A DNA stretch of 64,000 nt from Candidatus Poseidoniaceae archaeon (GTDB taxonomy: Archaea > Thermoplasmatota > Poseidoniia > Poseidoniales > Poseidoniaceae). This document shows positions 18,536-28,569 of the stretch, in pieces. Where the stretch lies: contig CBFIJH010000003.1 in NCBI GenBank assembly GCA_965662895.1, positions 66,318-130,317 on the forward strand. Direction: 5' to 3'. The stretch's first letter is position 1; each line of letters opens with the position of its first letter. A program made the translations under genes and the position numbers. The notes beneath the pieces were generated by a model, which worked only from the letters and a program-made list of their open reading frames with translations, did not search any database and was not told the DNA's origin.

Positions 18536-18690
18536 TCCTTTTCGTTTCGACGTATCAACATGTATTGTTCAACGGCTTCAATCCGGTTCTCAAGATCGTT
18601 GCTCCTCGAGAAAACCGTCCATGTCCATAGGCCAATCGCAATGAGCATGCCGAGGTAAGCTACGGCAAGATACGTCATACCTTCCGCCAT
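18532..18690 (-). CDS. Small single-TM CcmD-like protein (52 aa)
   Basis: Not in ORF track. MAEGMTYLAVAYLGMLIAIGLWTWTVFSRSNDLENRIEAVEQYMLIRRNEKE*; ATG 2 nt after the ccmC stop; YLAVAY + TM + charged tail resembles CcmD. Confidence 0.7.
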   Translation of the reverse strand: MAEGMTYLAVAYLGMLIAIGLWTWTVFSRSNDLENRIEAVEQYMLIRRNEKE

Positions 18691-18692
18691 GA

Positions 18693-19391
18693 TTACACCT
18701 CATCCATCGCTTCTTGAATCCTTTCCAATTTTTGTTCAAACGACGTAATTCTCATGCTCATCAAGATGTGGCCTACAATGAAGGTCGTAAATGACACTGC
18801 TCCAAACAGCAGAATCAGGGCCATTTCACTGTTCAAACTTCCACTTTCTCCCCCTCCAATCACCGGGCCTGGATGTCGGATTTGCCATAGACGAGTTGCG
18901 ACGTATGTCACAGGAACGAGAACAAAACCAAACAATCCAAAAGTTGCGAACGTGTCTCTTGTTTCAACACCATCAGGTTGAGATTGCCGTCCGAGGACAA
19001 GGAACAACGCCAAAAATGTCAGCAATCCGAAGGTGTTCAATCGCACATCGGTCCAATCCCATGGAACTCCCCATTCTGCTGCGCCCCAAACCATTCCACT
19101 CCATACGGTCATTAGTCCGGTTGCTAATCCTGCCTCAGCCCCTGCAACGTGCATTCTCCAGCCGAGATTGGAACGTTTGAAAAACCAAAGTGCGGATCCA
19201 ACAAAAAGAAATCCAAATGCAATGAATGCTGACCATGCTGCAGGGACATGCCAATAAAAAATGCGTTGCGCATCTGGAGATTCGAAAGCGTTGATGGATA
19301 CGCTCGGTGCTTTCAGAAATGCTAGGCCAAGCGTGACCCCGATTCCTACGAATCCGAGCAAAAGAATCACCTCTGCGAGTCGCTTGGTCAT
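18693..19391 (-). CDS. ccmC: Heme export / cytochrome c biogenesis protein CcmC
   Basis: FYWHVPAAW, WWD-domain WGAAEWGVPWDWTDVRLNT, LWQIRHP; six TM helices. Confidence 0.9.
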   Translation of the reverse strand: MTKRLAEVILLLGFVGIGVTLGLAFLKAPSVSINAFESPDAQRIFYWHVPAAWSAFIAFGFLFVGSALWFFKRSNLGWRMHVAGAEAGLATGLMTVWSGMVWGAAEWGVPWDWTDVRLNTFGLLTFLALFLVLGRQSQPDGVETRDTFATFGLFGFVLVPVTYVATRLWQIRHPGPVIGGGESGSLNSEMALILLFGAVSFTTFIVGHILMSMRITSFEQKLERIQEAMDEV

Positions 19392-19429
19392 AACGCATCC
19401 ACTGAATCACTTGTTTTGAAGAATTGCAT

Positions 19430-20662
19430 TTACAACAAGTTTGAATCTGTAATCCATTGGACCAGTAATGCAAATGGTAGAATTAAAATTGGAGTAAGAA
19501 TTCTTGTAAATGCAGCTCTCGGGCGTGCCAATCGAGACGTTGCCAGATCAACCCATCGAAGAATTCCCATGGTGATTGCCGTTAACATGCCGCCAAGAAC
19601 GGTCAAAACCCAGGATATCTCATCGTCAAATCCCAACTGCGTTAGTGCGGTCAAACCCGAGCCAAGAAGGAGTGCGTGTATGTACGAATGGGGAATACCT
19701 TGGCGATGAGATTTCCACCAGTCCAATGCGCGATGTTCGTGCAACATTGCAACCATGTTATCGCCGACGAGTCCTGCTGCAAATGCCGCACTCAGGTAGA
19801 GTCCAGATGTCTGGATGAGATTTGAATCAACTGCGGATGGTTCGACAAGAGCCAACAGAATGCCGAGCGTTAGGAATCCTGCGATTCCATTGCTTGCAAG
19901 CGTTGCGAGCGTCCTTTGATTGAGAGCGAGTCCTGTGCGTAGCGCTGTGTTGTTTTTCGCGGTGGTTGTTTTGAAAATTCGCTCATCACGTTGTCCGAGA
20001 TCGAACTCAGTGTTTTCAACCAATTCATCCGATGCAAAGATGTGCGTTGCACATTTCATGAACACAGCATGATGACTCGCCAAGAGAATACAATTGCCAC
20101 GTTCTCTGAGTTCTTCCAAATCTTCAACGAGTAAGAGACGCGAATCTTCATCCAAACCTGCTGCAGGCTCGTCCAGAAACAACAACCGAGGCTCGGTTCC
20201 AACAAAACCAGGTAAAATTCCTGCGAGCATTGCTACCTTTCTGCGCTGTCCTCCCGACAAATGAGCAATGAGGTCGTGTCTGCGATGAGCGAGATTGTAA
20301 CGACGCAGCCAATCGTCAATTTCAATCCGTCCTCCAGCGAGATCAAGGGCATTCAAAATATGCTCTTCAACCCGTTGACTTCCAATGCATGAGTCCGATT
20401 GCAATGTAAGCCCAAAGGCTCTTTTGGCACGTTTTGTTCGACCACTCGAATCAATGATTGGTTCACCGTAATGACGTATTTCACCGGTTTCGAGTGGGAG
20501 AATGCCTGCTGATGCCTCAAGAATTGTTGATTTTCCAGCTCCGTTCTTTTCGTTCAAAAGAATGAGCTGACCTGTTGTGCATATCATGTTGAGATTCTTC
20601 AACACAGTTGAGGAACCTCGACGCACGGAGACGTCCTTGAGTGACAAGAGCACCTCGCCCAT
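19430..20662 (-). CDS. CcmA-like ABC ATPase fused to a C-terminal CcmB-like membrane domain
   Basis: EKNGAGKST, LSGGQRR, LFLDEPAAGLD, LASHH, then ~170 aa hydrophobic domain ending ILTPILILPFALL; directly upstream of ccmC. Confidence 0.7.
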   Translation of the reverse strand: MGEVLLSLKDVSVRRGSSTVLKNLNMICTTGQLILLNEKNGAGKSTILEASAGILPLETGEIRHYGEPIIDSSGRTKRAKRAFGLTLQSDSCIGSQRVEEHILNALDLAGGRIEIDDWLRRYNLAHRRHDLIAHLSGGQRRKVAMLAGILPGFVGTEPRLLFLDEPAAGLDEDSRLLLVEDLEELRERGNCILLASHHAVFMKCATHIFASDELVENTEFDLGQRDERIFKTTTAKNNTALRTGLALNQRTLATLASNGIAGFLTLGILLALVEPSAVDSNLIQTSGLYLSAAFAAGLVGDNMVAMLHEHRALDWWKSHRQGIPHSYIHALLLGSGLTALTQLGFDDEISWVLTVLGGMLTAITMGILRWVDLATSRLARPRAAFTRILTPILILPFALLVQWITDSNLL

Positions 20663-20738
20663 ACCCAATCCACAACCCTCCCATGAATGAATGCTGCGTC
20701 AGGACAAGACCCTTAGTTTGGTAAACGTTGGGAGGGCC

Positions 20739-21785
20739 ATGGGCCAACTGTATCTTTCGACATTTGGCTCCAGTGAGTGGGTTTTTCTCATTCTTTGGTT
20801 CGGTGCAGTCGCAGCCCCTATCGCTTACTCTTTTCGAAACAAGACCCCAATTGCATTAGGAATCTCAGTTGGGCTTTTGTTGGGTTACATTGTTCAGTAC
20901 GCATTTGTTGTGTTTGTTTCATACGGTTTTGAATTCAAATTCGTATGGTTTGATTTCTGGTTAATCCCTTCTCGATTGGATTCGCCAAGTCATCTTCATA
21001 CAATTTTCACTGCTGGTTTCCTTCACAGTATGAACGACGTAACCCACGTATTGGGCAATGTTTTGGTCATTGCACTGGTAGGAATTCCGCTTGAGCAACG
21101 ATTGGGTACAAAGCGATTCACGTTCATCTATGTTGCAGGATTGCTCGGTGGTTCTGTAGCATGGGTGCTTTTCAACGGTGGATCAAATACCCCGTCGTGG
21201 GGTGCTTCCGGGGCGGCATACGGTTTGCTGGGGGCGTATCTTGCAGGCTGGCCAAGGGATGAAATCCCATTCCCATTGATTCTGATACGACCGTGGCCGG
21301 TAACGATAATCGCGTTGTTTTACTTCGGGTTTGAGTTGATTCGAGCATTCAACACTGTTGGGCTGGGAGGTTATTCCACAGTGGCACACATGGCTCACAT
21401 CGGGGGTTTTGTTCTCGCCTATGCTCTCTTGCCGCTCGCTGCAAAAGGTGGACCTTATCCGCTTGGCGTGATTGATGGTGGACCGAAAGGTTTCGGAAAC
21501 GGAAGAGCCGGATTTGAACAAATGAAATCATCGATGGTTGATTTATCGTCGATGGAGGACCCGTGGACTGAACTCGGCCTTGAAGTACCGAAAAATTTGC
21601 GCGAGCCACTGCAGAAATTGAAGGAAGCTGGCGATGAAGCAGAAACACGTATTGCTTGGATGGAACACATTGCAGAAGCAGGGGATTGCCCCGTATGTCT
21701 TGCCCCCCTTGGAATGGTTGAACGACGGACAGGTCCTCAACTCCAATGCTCCAAAGAACCGAAACATTTGGCTTGGCCAAAATAG
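20739..21785 (+). CDS. Rhomboid intramembrane serine protease with C-terminal Cys/His (Zn-ribbon-like) extension
   Basis: Read directly on the + strand (ATGCTGCGTCAG at 20691; preferred ATG 20739 after GGAGG). FLHS...HVLGN, GASGAAYG, AHMAHIGG; tail CPVC...CSKEPKH. Confidence 0.9.
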   Translation: MGQLYLSTFGSSEWVFLILWFGAVAAPIAYSFRNKTPIALGISVGLLLGYIVQYAFVVFVSYGFEFKFVWFDFWLIPSRLDSPSHLHTIFTAGFLHSMNDVTHVLGNVLVIALVGIPLEQRLGTKRFTFIYVAGLLGGSVAWVLFNGGSNTPSWGASGAAYGLLGAYLAGWPRDEIPFPLILIRPWPVTIIALFYFGFELIRAFNTVGLGGYSTVAHMAHIGGFVLAYALLPLAAKGGPYPLGVIDGGPKGFGNGRAGFEQMKSSMVDLSSMEDPWTELGLEVPKNLREPLQKLKEAGDEAETRIAWMEHIAEAGDCPVCLAPLGMVERRTGPQLQCSKEPKHLAWPK

Positions 21786-21827
21786 GTTCAATTCGCTGAG
21801 TTCAACAAACACTCAAGCGATAGCATC

Positions 21828-21836
21828 AAAATATAT
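21828..21836 (+). promoter_or_regulatory. Putative TATA box (AAAATATAT) of the S8 protease gene
   Basis: At -34..-26 from ATG 21862, consistent with a leaderless transcript. Confidence 0.4.
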
Positions 21837-21861
21837 CGATTTGTGGTCAGGAATGGCGATT

Positions 21862-24800
21862 ATGAGCGAAAGGTCGAGATTTTCAAATTCAAGACACGCC
21901 TTGTTCTTGGTTTTGCTTATGTTGACATTGCCAATCGCATCACAATCTCAGGCTCTGAACATTCCCACTGAATTGGACCAGCCGACCCATGCAGACCCTA
22001 TTCTCGTCGATGGATTGCCCCCTCTTGTTTGCGGAGATGATTTGTGTGATCGACCGCTTCGAATGTTCGAACGCGGTGGACGAACAGCCAACATGGAATA
22101 CGGCTGGTGGCAGGCTTATGGCCCTGATCTTGACTGGAACGGAATGGATGACCGTTTGCAACGAATCATGGGAGGGCTTGAGTCGATGTCTCCGACTGCG
22201 ATTCTTGGACCGGACGGTCGAAAAACAGTGGCGATTGTCGTTGATTATGCTTGGCTTCCGACGGATGAAGAATCGAAAGCCCTTCATTCCACACTGGAGA
22301 AACATGGATGGATCGGTCCCGAAGAAGGTGCCTTTTTCGAAGTGATTCGAAGCATTGATGCGATTGCAGTCGACAAAGTTCCTGTTTCAGCGCTCATGGA
22401 TATTTATCATCTCAACGGCGTCGTTGTCGTAGAAATGCAAAACGTCATGGCACCGAGCAACAATGTAGCCTCGAAAGCAGCACTCGCACGCCCGTCTGAA
22501 GTTTACTCAAACACCGCCCACGAACTTGGCTATACCGGTACCGGGGTCACCATCGCAGTCCTTGACACAGGCGTTGATAATGAGCACCGATCACTCAACG
22601 ATTTCGATGACCAGAACGATGAACCTGATGCTGATGCTACGTCGTATTCTGACAGAAAGTGGATTGCAGGGTACGATGCTACAAGTCAAACTCCTGACGA
22701 GTCTGGTAATACGGACCCGGATGATGGGAACGGTCACGGCACTCACGTTGCAGGGTCTGCACTCGGAACTGGAGACGCTTCGAAAGTGCACATGGGTACT
22801 GCCCCGGGTGCAGGACTGATTGACATCAAGGTTCTAACCGATGGAGGAGGGACAAACTCACAATTTAGTCTTCGAGGACTGCAATGGATGATCAACAATG
22901 CTGATACGGATTGGGGCGTGAATTCGACCTACACAGGCATTCAAATCGCGTCGATGTCCTATGGCTCTCTCGGTGGTGGCCCGTTGTTACCCGGTGACTC
23001 TGGTGACAATGGTACAAGCGCCGAAGCAAATCTTGTCAATCAAGCAACATCCGCAGGAATCGTTTGTGTTGTTGCGATTGGTAACGACGGCTCCAACCGC
23101 GTACCTTCGCCTGGAAGCGCGGATACAGCCATAACGATTGGTTCTGTTGATGACAACCAGACCGTCATCCGAACCGATGATATAGGATCAGATTTCTCCA
23201 ACTATGGCCCGAGGGATTCTGATAATGATGATGATGATGTGGATGAACAGAAACCCGATGTTACTGCGTTTGGTTCAAACATTACGTCAGCAACCTACGC
23301 AGCTTCTTTTGTCCCAATTCCTGGATCAGAGGTAGCATTAGCGGATGACCAATACGATTCGAAATCAGGAACGAGTATGGCGACACCAATCGCTTCAGGT
23401 GTTGTTGCGCTTGTCCTGGAGGCTGACCCTTCTCTCACCCCAGAAGAAGTGAAAGAGATCATACGACTTTCATCAGAACCTCGAGGTGAACCTGCAGACT
23501 CAGACATCTCTCGGTGGAATGAGACTTTTGGTATGGGAATCATCGATGCAGCCTGTGCGATTGCGATCGCCACCGGTTTGATTTGTGACAACGGCTTGAG
23601 GGCAAAGACGAGTGACGTCAACATCACCTTCCCTGTCAACGGTACCTGGGTTATGGCGAACACAACAACCCGTATTTCAGGAGAAGTCAATCTAACCGAG
23701 GTCGATTATGAAAAAGTTGAGATTAAGATTGAACAACGGTTCATCTTTAGAGACAAGAACAACGATGGCAAGAACGACAAGCCACCACGAACGCTCCTTG
23801 ATTGGACGGAAGTCAATGGTTCGCTCGATTATTGGTTCTACGACCTTGAACTGCAGGACTCGTGGGTTGCTTCAGATGATGAATTTATTGTCGTTTACGG
23901 GCTTGCCTCAGATGCTGAGGAGAATGAGTCCGAAATAGCGATACGAACCTTCCAACTTTCACGAACAGGTATCACTCTTGAAACGCCAATCTCAAGAAAT
24001 GTGTTGAGTGGGACGATTGAAGTAACCGGTCAAGTTGAAGGTGTCGAACACGATCGTATCGAATACAAAGTCGATGATGGTGATTGGAAAACGGGTACTG
24101 AATTGACTGTACACGATGGTCCGGGACAAGACGGCTACGATGAATGGATGTTTAATTGGGATACCACCGAAGTCGCTGATGGATACAGAGAACTCTTTGT
24201 TCGAATGGTCAACAAATCAGGCTTCTCGAGCGAGATTGAATCACGCAGTTACACCGTTGACAACGTTGCCCCTGCACCATCATTGAGGTTCCAAGGTGAG
24301 GTCGAGATTTTTGACCAAAAGTTACCTGCAGATACAGTGTACGCAGGTAGTTTGTTGGAAGTTCAATTTGAAGTCTACAATGCAGGAGACAAAGCCGCAT
24401 CCGATGTTTTTGTCCGACTTACTGCGCCGGGGGAAGAATCGGAAGTTTATCCCTCACAAGGACTCATCCCTTCACTTGAGAAAGGCGAATCTGTTGGTGT
24501 GACCTTGTTTTGGCAGGCCAGCGTAGCCGGTCTTCATGAGGTGAAAATTGAACTTGATCCAAACGATGTTCAGGGAGATTTAGAACCAGAGGACAACGTC
24601 TTGACATTCCCATTTGAAATCTTTGAACGTCCATCTCAACCTGTACTCCGTTATCTTCCAGGAGCAGTAACGACGCTACCGAACGTTCCTTTGGCTGATG
24701 AAGAGTATACGATTTCCATTCGAATTGATAACCTTGGCCAATCAAACGCTGTAACGCTTGACATGCTCCTTGAGTACTTGGATCCTGTTGACGGGTGGCT

Positions 24801-26742
24801 GCTTGTTGATGAGGAACGAATTGGATTTGTTCCGGGAGCAACAACGGAATCGGGCTCTGCAACGGCGCAATTCCGCCACAACAGCAAAGACATCGGAGCA
24901 GTTGTCTACCGTGCCACATTGACAGGCGATGGTGTCGAGAGCGAATTTAGTCAGTACACCTTCACCGTTGTTACCAGCGATGTATCCACAGGTCAAGGCT
25001 CTTCAACGCTCTCACTATCGGAATCTGAGATCCCAGTCGCTTTCGCAGGAATAGAGACCTCCACGCTGTTGTTTACAACGGTCGATGGAGAATTGCATGT
25101 CCGCTCGATTAACGACAATCTCATGCTGTTGACGGATACCCTCATCGATCAAAACTGGGGCGGAGAGATTGACGTGATTGTACGTGAAGATGGTCTTGTC
25201 CATGCAGCATGGACAAGTCGAAAACAATCGGAACAAGGATACTTCCTTAACGATGTAGCCATGACTTCCTTTTCCGCAACCGGCCAGATGCTTCCAATCC
25301 ATCACCACCTTACACCTTTGAAAATCTCAGAGGGTCAGTACTGGGGTCTTGACCTTGCTGAAGAAGACGATACAGTTGTCCTTTCAGGATATTTCCGTAA
25401 TATTTCTACAGGAGGTTCTTGGTCCGACTTGACATCAATCTTCAGTATTCATTCCAGTACACCAGATGACGGTGAAAATTGGACAAACATGATCACGCAC
25501 TTACCCGTTGTTGACCTTCACCCAGACGATGGTGACAAACTTGCAACTCTCCTTCATGACGGTATCCTGCACATTCTTTACCAAGAATTACGGGACGATG
25601 TAACCGGAAACGAACGAACAGGACTCATGTATTCACGCGGTGAATTAACCTCGAACCTCTGGTCGTATCAATCTTCGATTGGAGATGAGGCACGTTCTGC
25701 ACAACTTGGTATGCTTGCCGATGGCGAAAACAAGTTTTTCTTCGCTGGATGGATTGAAGGCTCTGGTCGAGATTCGAGCATCGTCGTACTTGCAACGAAA
25801 GGGGAATGGGGTGAAGATGTTCAACGAATACCTGCACCAGGAGCAACAAAAGTACTTTTCAATCAACGCGATGATGTGATTGAAGTTGTTCATGATGAAA
25901 TTACAATTCGCGGAGTCGTTTCCCGATATGGGTTGTTGACAACTCAGAAACTAAATTCTGAAGAAGTTCCCGTCATTGGTTTGTCGAACATTGTTTCCGA
26001 AAAGAAATCATTGCTTGGGTACAGCATGAATACAAAGGATGGTCTTCTGTTCACGGTATCTCCTACAGGTCGCTTCTCCATGCAAAAATTCCTCATGGAT
26101 ACGCCCCAGGAACCTGAAGAGCAAAAATCGTTGCTTGAACAGCTCTTGGAACCACTGCCTGGTTCTTACGAAACAAAACTCGGTATCTTTTTTGCTATTC
26201 TATCGGTCTTGGTATTGATTTTCGTGATGGTGGGCATTACTTTGCGCTCCGGCAATAAGGAAGACGAAGCATTGGATGGCTTGGCTGTAGAAGAAGATGA
26301 AATCGCCATCTTGGTGCAGGTTGAAGAAGACGAACCCGAGGAAGAACTCGTTGCATCCGTTCCTGTCGCTGCTCCGATGGTTGTTGAGATGGAGGAACCT
26401 ACGCTCTCTGAAGAGTTGGAGGCGAAGAGCATCGCAGGTGAGGGGAATGCGAGATTGAATCGTCGAATGAAGCGGAAACAAGATCGTGAAATCGCGGAAA
26501 TCGTTTCAAAAGGACTCCCTCCTCTACCTACCCCGATGCCGTTACCAGTTGATTCTCCTACAGAGATTGCTCCTTCGATTCCAGTCCCAGAAATCGCGCC
26601 TGGAGCATTGCCTCCATTGGCAGATTTGCCACCACTTCGACGACAGGCCGTTTGCCCGGCATGCAACGCAAACTTCCCAGTGACGGACTTGATGCGTGCG
26701 AGAGTCGTTTGTCCCATCTGTTCGGAACAATTCAGTCTGTGA
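21862..26742 (+). CDS. Large secreted, membrane-anchored S8 (subtilase) protease with Ig/CARDB-like domains and cytoplasmic Zn ribbon
   Basis: Signal peptide; triad VLDTG, GHGTHVAG, GTSMATP; CARDB-like repeats (VYNAGD, IDNLGQ); C-terminal TM helix, acidic/Pro-rich tail, CPAC...CPIC. Start ATG 21862 or 21853; the track start overlaps the rhomboid. Confidence 0.92.
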   Translation: MSERSRFSNSRHALFLVLLMLTLPIASQSQALNIPTELDQPTHADPILVDGLPPLVCGDDLCDRPLRMFERGGRTANMEYGWWQAYGPDLDWNGMDDRLQRIMGGLESMSPTAILGPDGRKTVAIVVDYAWLPTDEESKALHSTLEKHGWIGPEEGAFFEVIRSIDAIAVDKVPVSALMDIYHLNGVVVVEMQNVMAPSNNVASKAALARPSEVYSNTAHELGYTGTGVTIAVLDTGVDNEHRSLNDFDDQNDEPDADATSYSDRKWIAGYDATSQTPDESGNTDPDDGNGHGTHVAGSALGTGDASKVHMGTAPGAGLIDIKVLTDGGGTNSQFSLRGLQWMINNADTDWGVNSTYTGIQIASMSYGSLGGGPLLPGDSGDNGTSAEANLVNQATSAGIVCVVAIGNDGSNRVPSPGSADTAITIGSVDDNQTVIRTDDIGSDFSNYGPRDSDNDDDDVDEQKPDVTAFGSNITSATYAASFVPIPGSEVALADDQYDSKSGTSMATPIASGVVALVLEADPSLTPEEVKEIIRLSSEPRGEPADSDISRWNETFGMGIIDAACAIAIATGLICDNGLRAKTSDVNITFPVNGTWVMANTTTRISGEVNLTEVDYEKVEIKIEQRFIFRDKNNDGKNDKPPRTLLDWTEVNGSLDYWFYDLELQDSWVASDDEFIVVYGLASDAEENESEIAIRTFQLSRTGITLETPISRNVLSGTIEVTGQVEGVEHDRIEYKVDDGDWKTGTELTVHDGPGQDGYDEWMFNWDTTEVADGYRELFVRMVNKSGFSSEIESRSYTVDNVAPAPSLRFQGEVEIFDQKLPADTVYAGSLLEVQFEVYNAGDKAASDVFVRLTAPGEESEVYPSQGLIPSLEKGESVGVTLFWQASVAGLHEVKIELDPNDVQGDLEPEDNVLTFPFEIFERPSQPVLRYLPGAVTTLPNVPLADEEYTISIRIDNLGQSNAVTLDMLLEYLDPVDGWLLVDEERIGFVPGATTESGSATAQFRHNSKDIGAVVYRATLTGDGVESEFSQYTFTVVTSDVSTGQGSSTLSLSESEIPVAFAGIETSTLLFTTVDGELHVRSINDNLMLLTDTLIDQNWGGEIDVIVREDGLVHAAWTSRKQSEQGYFLNDVAMTSFSATGQMLPIHHHLTPLKISEGQYWGLDLAEEDDTVVLSGYFRNISTGGSWSDLTSIFSIHSSTPDDGENWTNMITHLPVVDLHPDDGDKLATLLHDGILHILYQELRDDVTGNERTGLMYSRGELTSNLWSYQSSIGDEARSAQLGMLADGENKFFFAGWIEGSGRDSSIVVLATKGEWGEDVQRIPAPGATKVLFNQRDDVIEVVHDEITIRGVVSRYGLLTTQKLNSEEVPVIGLSNIVSEKKSLLGYSMNTKDGLLFTVSPTGRFSMQKFLMDTPQEPEEQKSLLEQLLEPLPGSYETKLGIFFAILSVLVLIFVMVGITLRSGNKEDEALDGLAVEEDEIAILVQVEEDEPEEELVASVPVAAPMVVEMEEPTLSEELEAKSIAGEGNARLNRRMKRKQDREIAEIVSKGLPPLPTPMPLPVDSPTEIAPSIPVPEIAPGALPPLADLPPLRRQAVCPACNANFPVTDLMRARVVCPICSEQFSL

Positions 26743-26751
26743 GGTTTGAAG

Positions 26752-28569
26752 ATGTGTGGTATCTTTGGTTATATTGGAAAGAAGAACGCATCTGAATTGC
26801 TCATCAATGGTTTGCTTCGGCTCGAATATCGTGGATACGATTCGAGCGGCATTGTCGTCAAAAATGGCCACCTCGAATCCTACAAGGATATTGGAAAAGT
26901 TTCGGAGATGGCATCGTCACTTCCTCGATTGAAAGGTTCGATTGGAATTGCACATACACGATGGGCAACGCATGGAGGTGTCACGAAAGAAAATGCTCAT
27001 CCGCATTTGAGCAACGATGGAAAAGTTGCCATCGTTCACAATGGGATTCTTCAAAATTCAGAAACCTTACGCAAACGTCTTACACAATTAGGTGTACAAC
27101 TCAATTCAGAAACCGATTCGGAAATTTTTTGTCACTTCATTGCAAGAGAACTTGAACAAGGCAAAGAACCACTGCAAGCACTTCAAAGTGTCCTATCGAT
27201 GGCGAGAGGCACTTGGGGCCTGTGTGTCTTGTTTGAAGATTATGACTATGTCTTGTGCGCTCGAAATGGCTCTCCTCTGATTATCGGCCGAGGAAACGGT
27301 GAGATGTTCATCTCGAGCGATCCACACGCTATCCGAGAACATACGGATCAACTGGTTGCACTTGAGGATGGTCAAATCGCAAAATTAGAACTTGATGCAT
27401 TTCAGGTGATGCAGACCGATGGAAAAGAGGTAGAATCCGTCCCTCTCCATTTGGAAGAGGAATGGGGCGAGAGCGAACTTGGAGAATACCCGCATTTCAT
27501 GCTTAAAGAAATACACGAACAATCCCAATCACTCCAACATTGCATTTCAGGCCGTCTTAGGAATGCTGAAGGTACATCCGTGCTGGGCGGCCTGCAGATT
27601 CAGCCGCACGATCTTGCAGAACTTCCGCATGTACGACTTATCGGATGTGGAACGGCATTGCATGCAGCACAAATCGGACAAATTATCATTGAACAATGGG
27701 CTCGTATCCCTGCTGTTTCTCATGTAGCAAGCGAGTTTAATGCGAACGACCCAGTCATCAACCCTCGAGCGCTTCACCTTGCAATATCGCAATCGGGTGA
27801 GACTGCGGACACGTTGTCAGCTGTGAAAGAAATTCAACGCAAGGGTGCAGATGTTTATGGAATCGTTAATGTCGTTGGGTCAAGCATTGCTCGACAATGC
27901 GGCAAAGGCGTTTACATTCACTCGGGACCTGAGCAATCTGTTGCGTCCACCAAGGCATTCACCAACATGGTCGGGGCTTTGGCATTGTTTTCACTACAAC
28001 TTGGCCGTAGTCGACACCTTTCAAAAACCAAAGGCAAAACAATCGCCCGTGAAATGAGAAAACTCCCTGACAAAATCCGAAATTATCTTGAGAATCCAGG
28101 CCCAATCAAGGAAGCGGTTGATATGATTGTTCAAGCAAAAAGTGTCCTCTTTTTGGGTCGCGGAATTTCATCTCCAGTGGCCTCTGAGGGTGCGCTCAAA
28201 TTGATGGAAATTGCCTACATTCCCTGTCTTGCTTATCCTGCAGGAGAAATGAAACACGGGCCAATTGCTTTGATCGATGAGGATTATCCGGTTGTTGTTA
28301 TTGCTCCGAACGATGGTGTTCAAGACCGAACCTTGAATGCGATTCATGAATGCAAAGCACGGGGTGCCAAAATTATCCTCATTCATGAAGAAGGTGACAC
28401 AATTTCAGAGTATGGTGATATCAGTATCGCCTTCCCATCTACAATACCAATGCTAACACCATTATTGAGCGTCTTACCGACACAACTGATTGCATACCAT
28501 GCGGCACTTGCGCTTGGCAATGATGTCGATCGTCCACGAAATCTCGCAAAATCCGTCACAGTCGAGTAA
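26752..28569 (+). CDS. glmS: Glutamine--fructose-6-phosphate transaminase (isomerizing)
   Basis: MCGI start, LEYRGYDSSG, HTRWATHG, SQSGETAD, VASTKAF, PRNLAKSVTVE. Confidence 0.97.
   Translation: MCGIFGYIGKKNASELLINGLLRLEYRGYDSSGIVVKNGHLESYKDIGKVSEMASSLPRLKGSIGIAHTRWATHGGVTKENAHPHLSNDGKVAIVHNGILQNSETLRKRLTQLGVQLNSETDSEIFCHFIARELEQGKEPLQALQSVLSMARGTWGLCVLFEDYDYVLCARNGSPLIIGRGNGEMFISSDPHAIREHTDQLVALEDGQIAKLELDAFQVMQTDGKEVESVPLHLEEEWGESELGEYPHFMLKEIHEQSQSLQHCISGRLRNAEGTSVLGGLQIQPHDLAELPHVRLIGCGTALHAAQIGQIIIEQWARIPAVSHVASEFNANDPVINPRALHLAISQSGETADTLSAVKEIQRKGADVYGIVNVVGSSIARQCGKGVYIHSGPEQSVASTKAFTNMVGALALFSLQLGRSRHLSKTKGKTIAREMRKLPDKIRNYLENPGPIKEAVDMIVQAKSVLFLGRGISSPVASEGALKLMEIAYIPCLAYPAGEMKHGPIALIDEDYPVVVIAPNDGVQDRTLNAIHECKARGAKIILIHEEGDTISEYGDISIAFPSTIPMLTPLLSVLPTQLIAYHAALALGNDVDRPRNLAKSVTVE

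Noticed and set aside
23221-23240. (GAT)n run as a phase-variable microsatellite
   Set aside because: A short trinucleotide run encoding an Asp-rich loop; slippage would keep the frame.
26743-26751. glmS ribozyme
   Set aside because: Only 9 nt separate the S8 stop from the glmS ATG, leaving no room.
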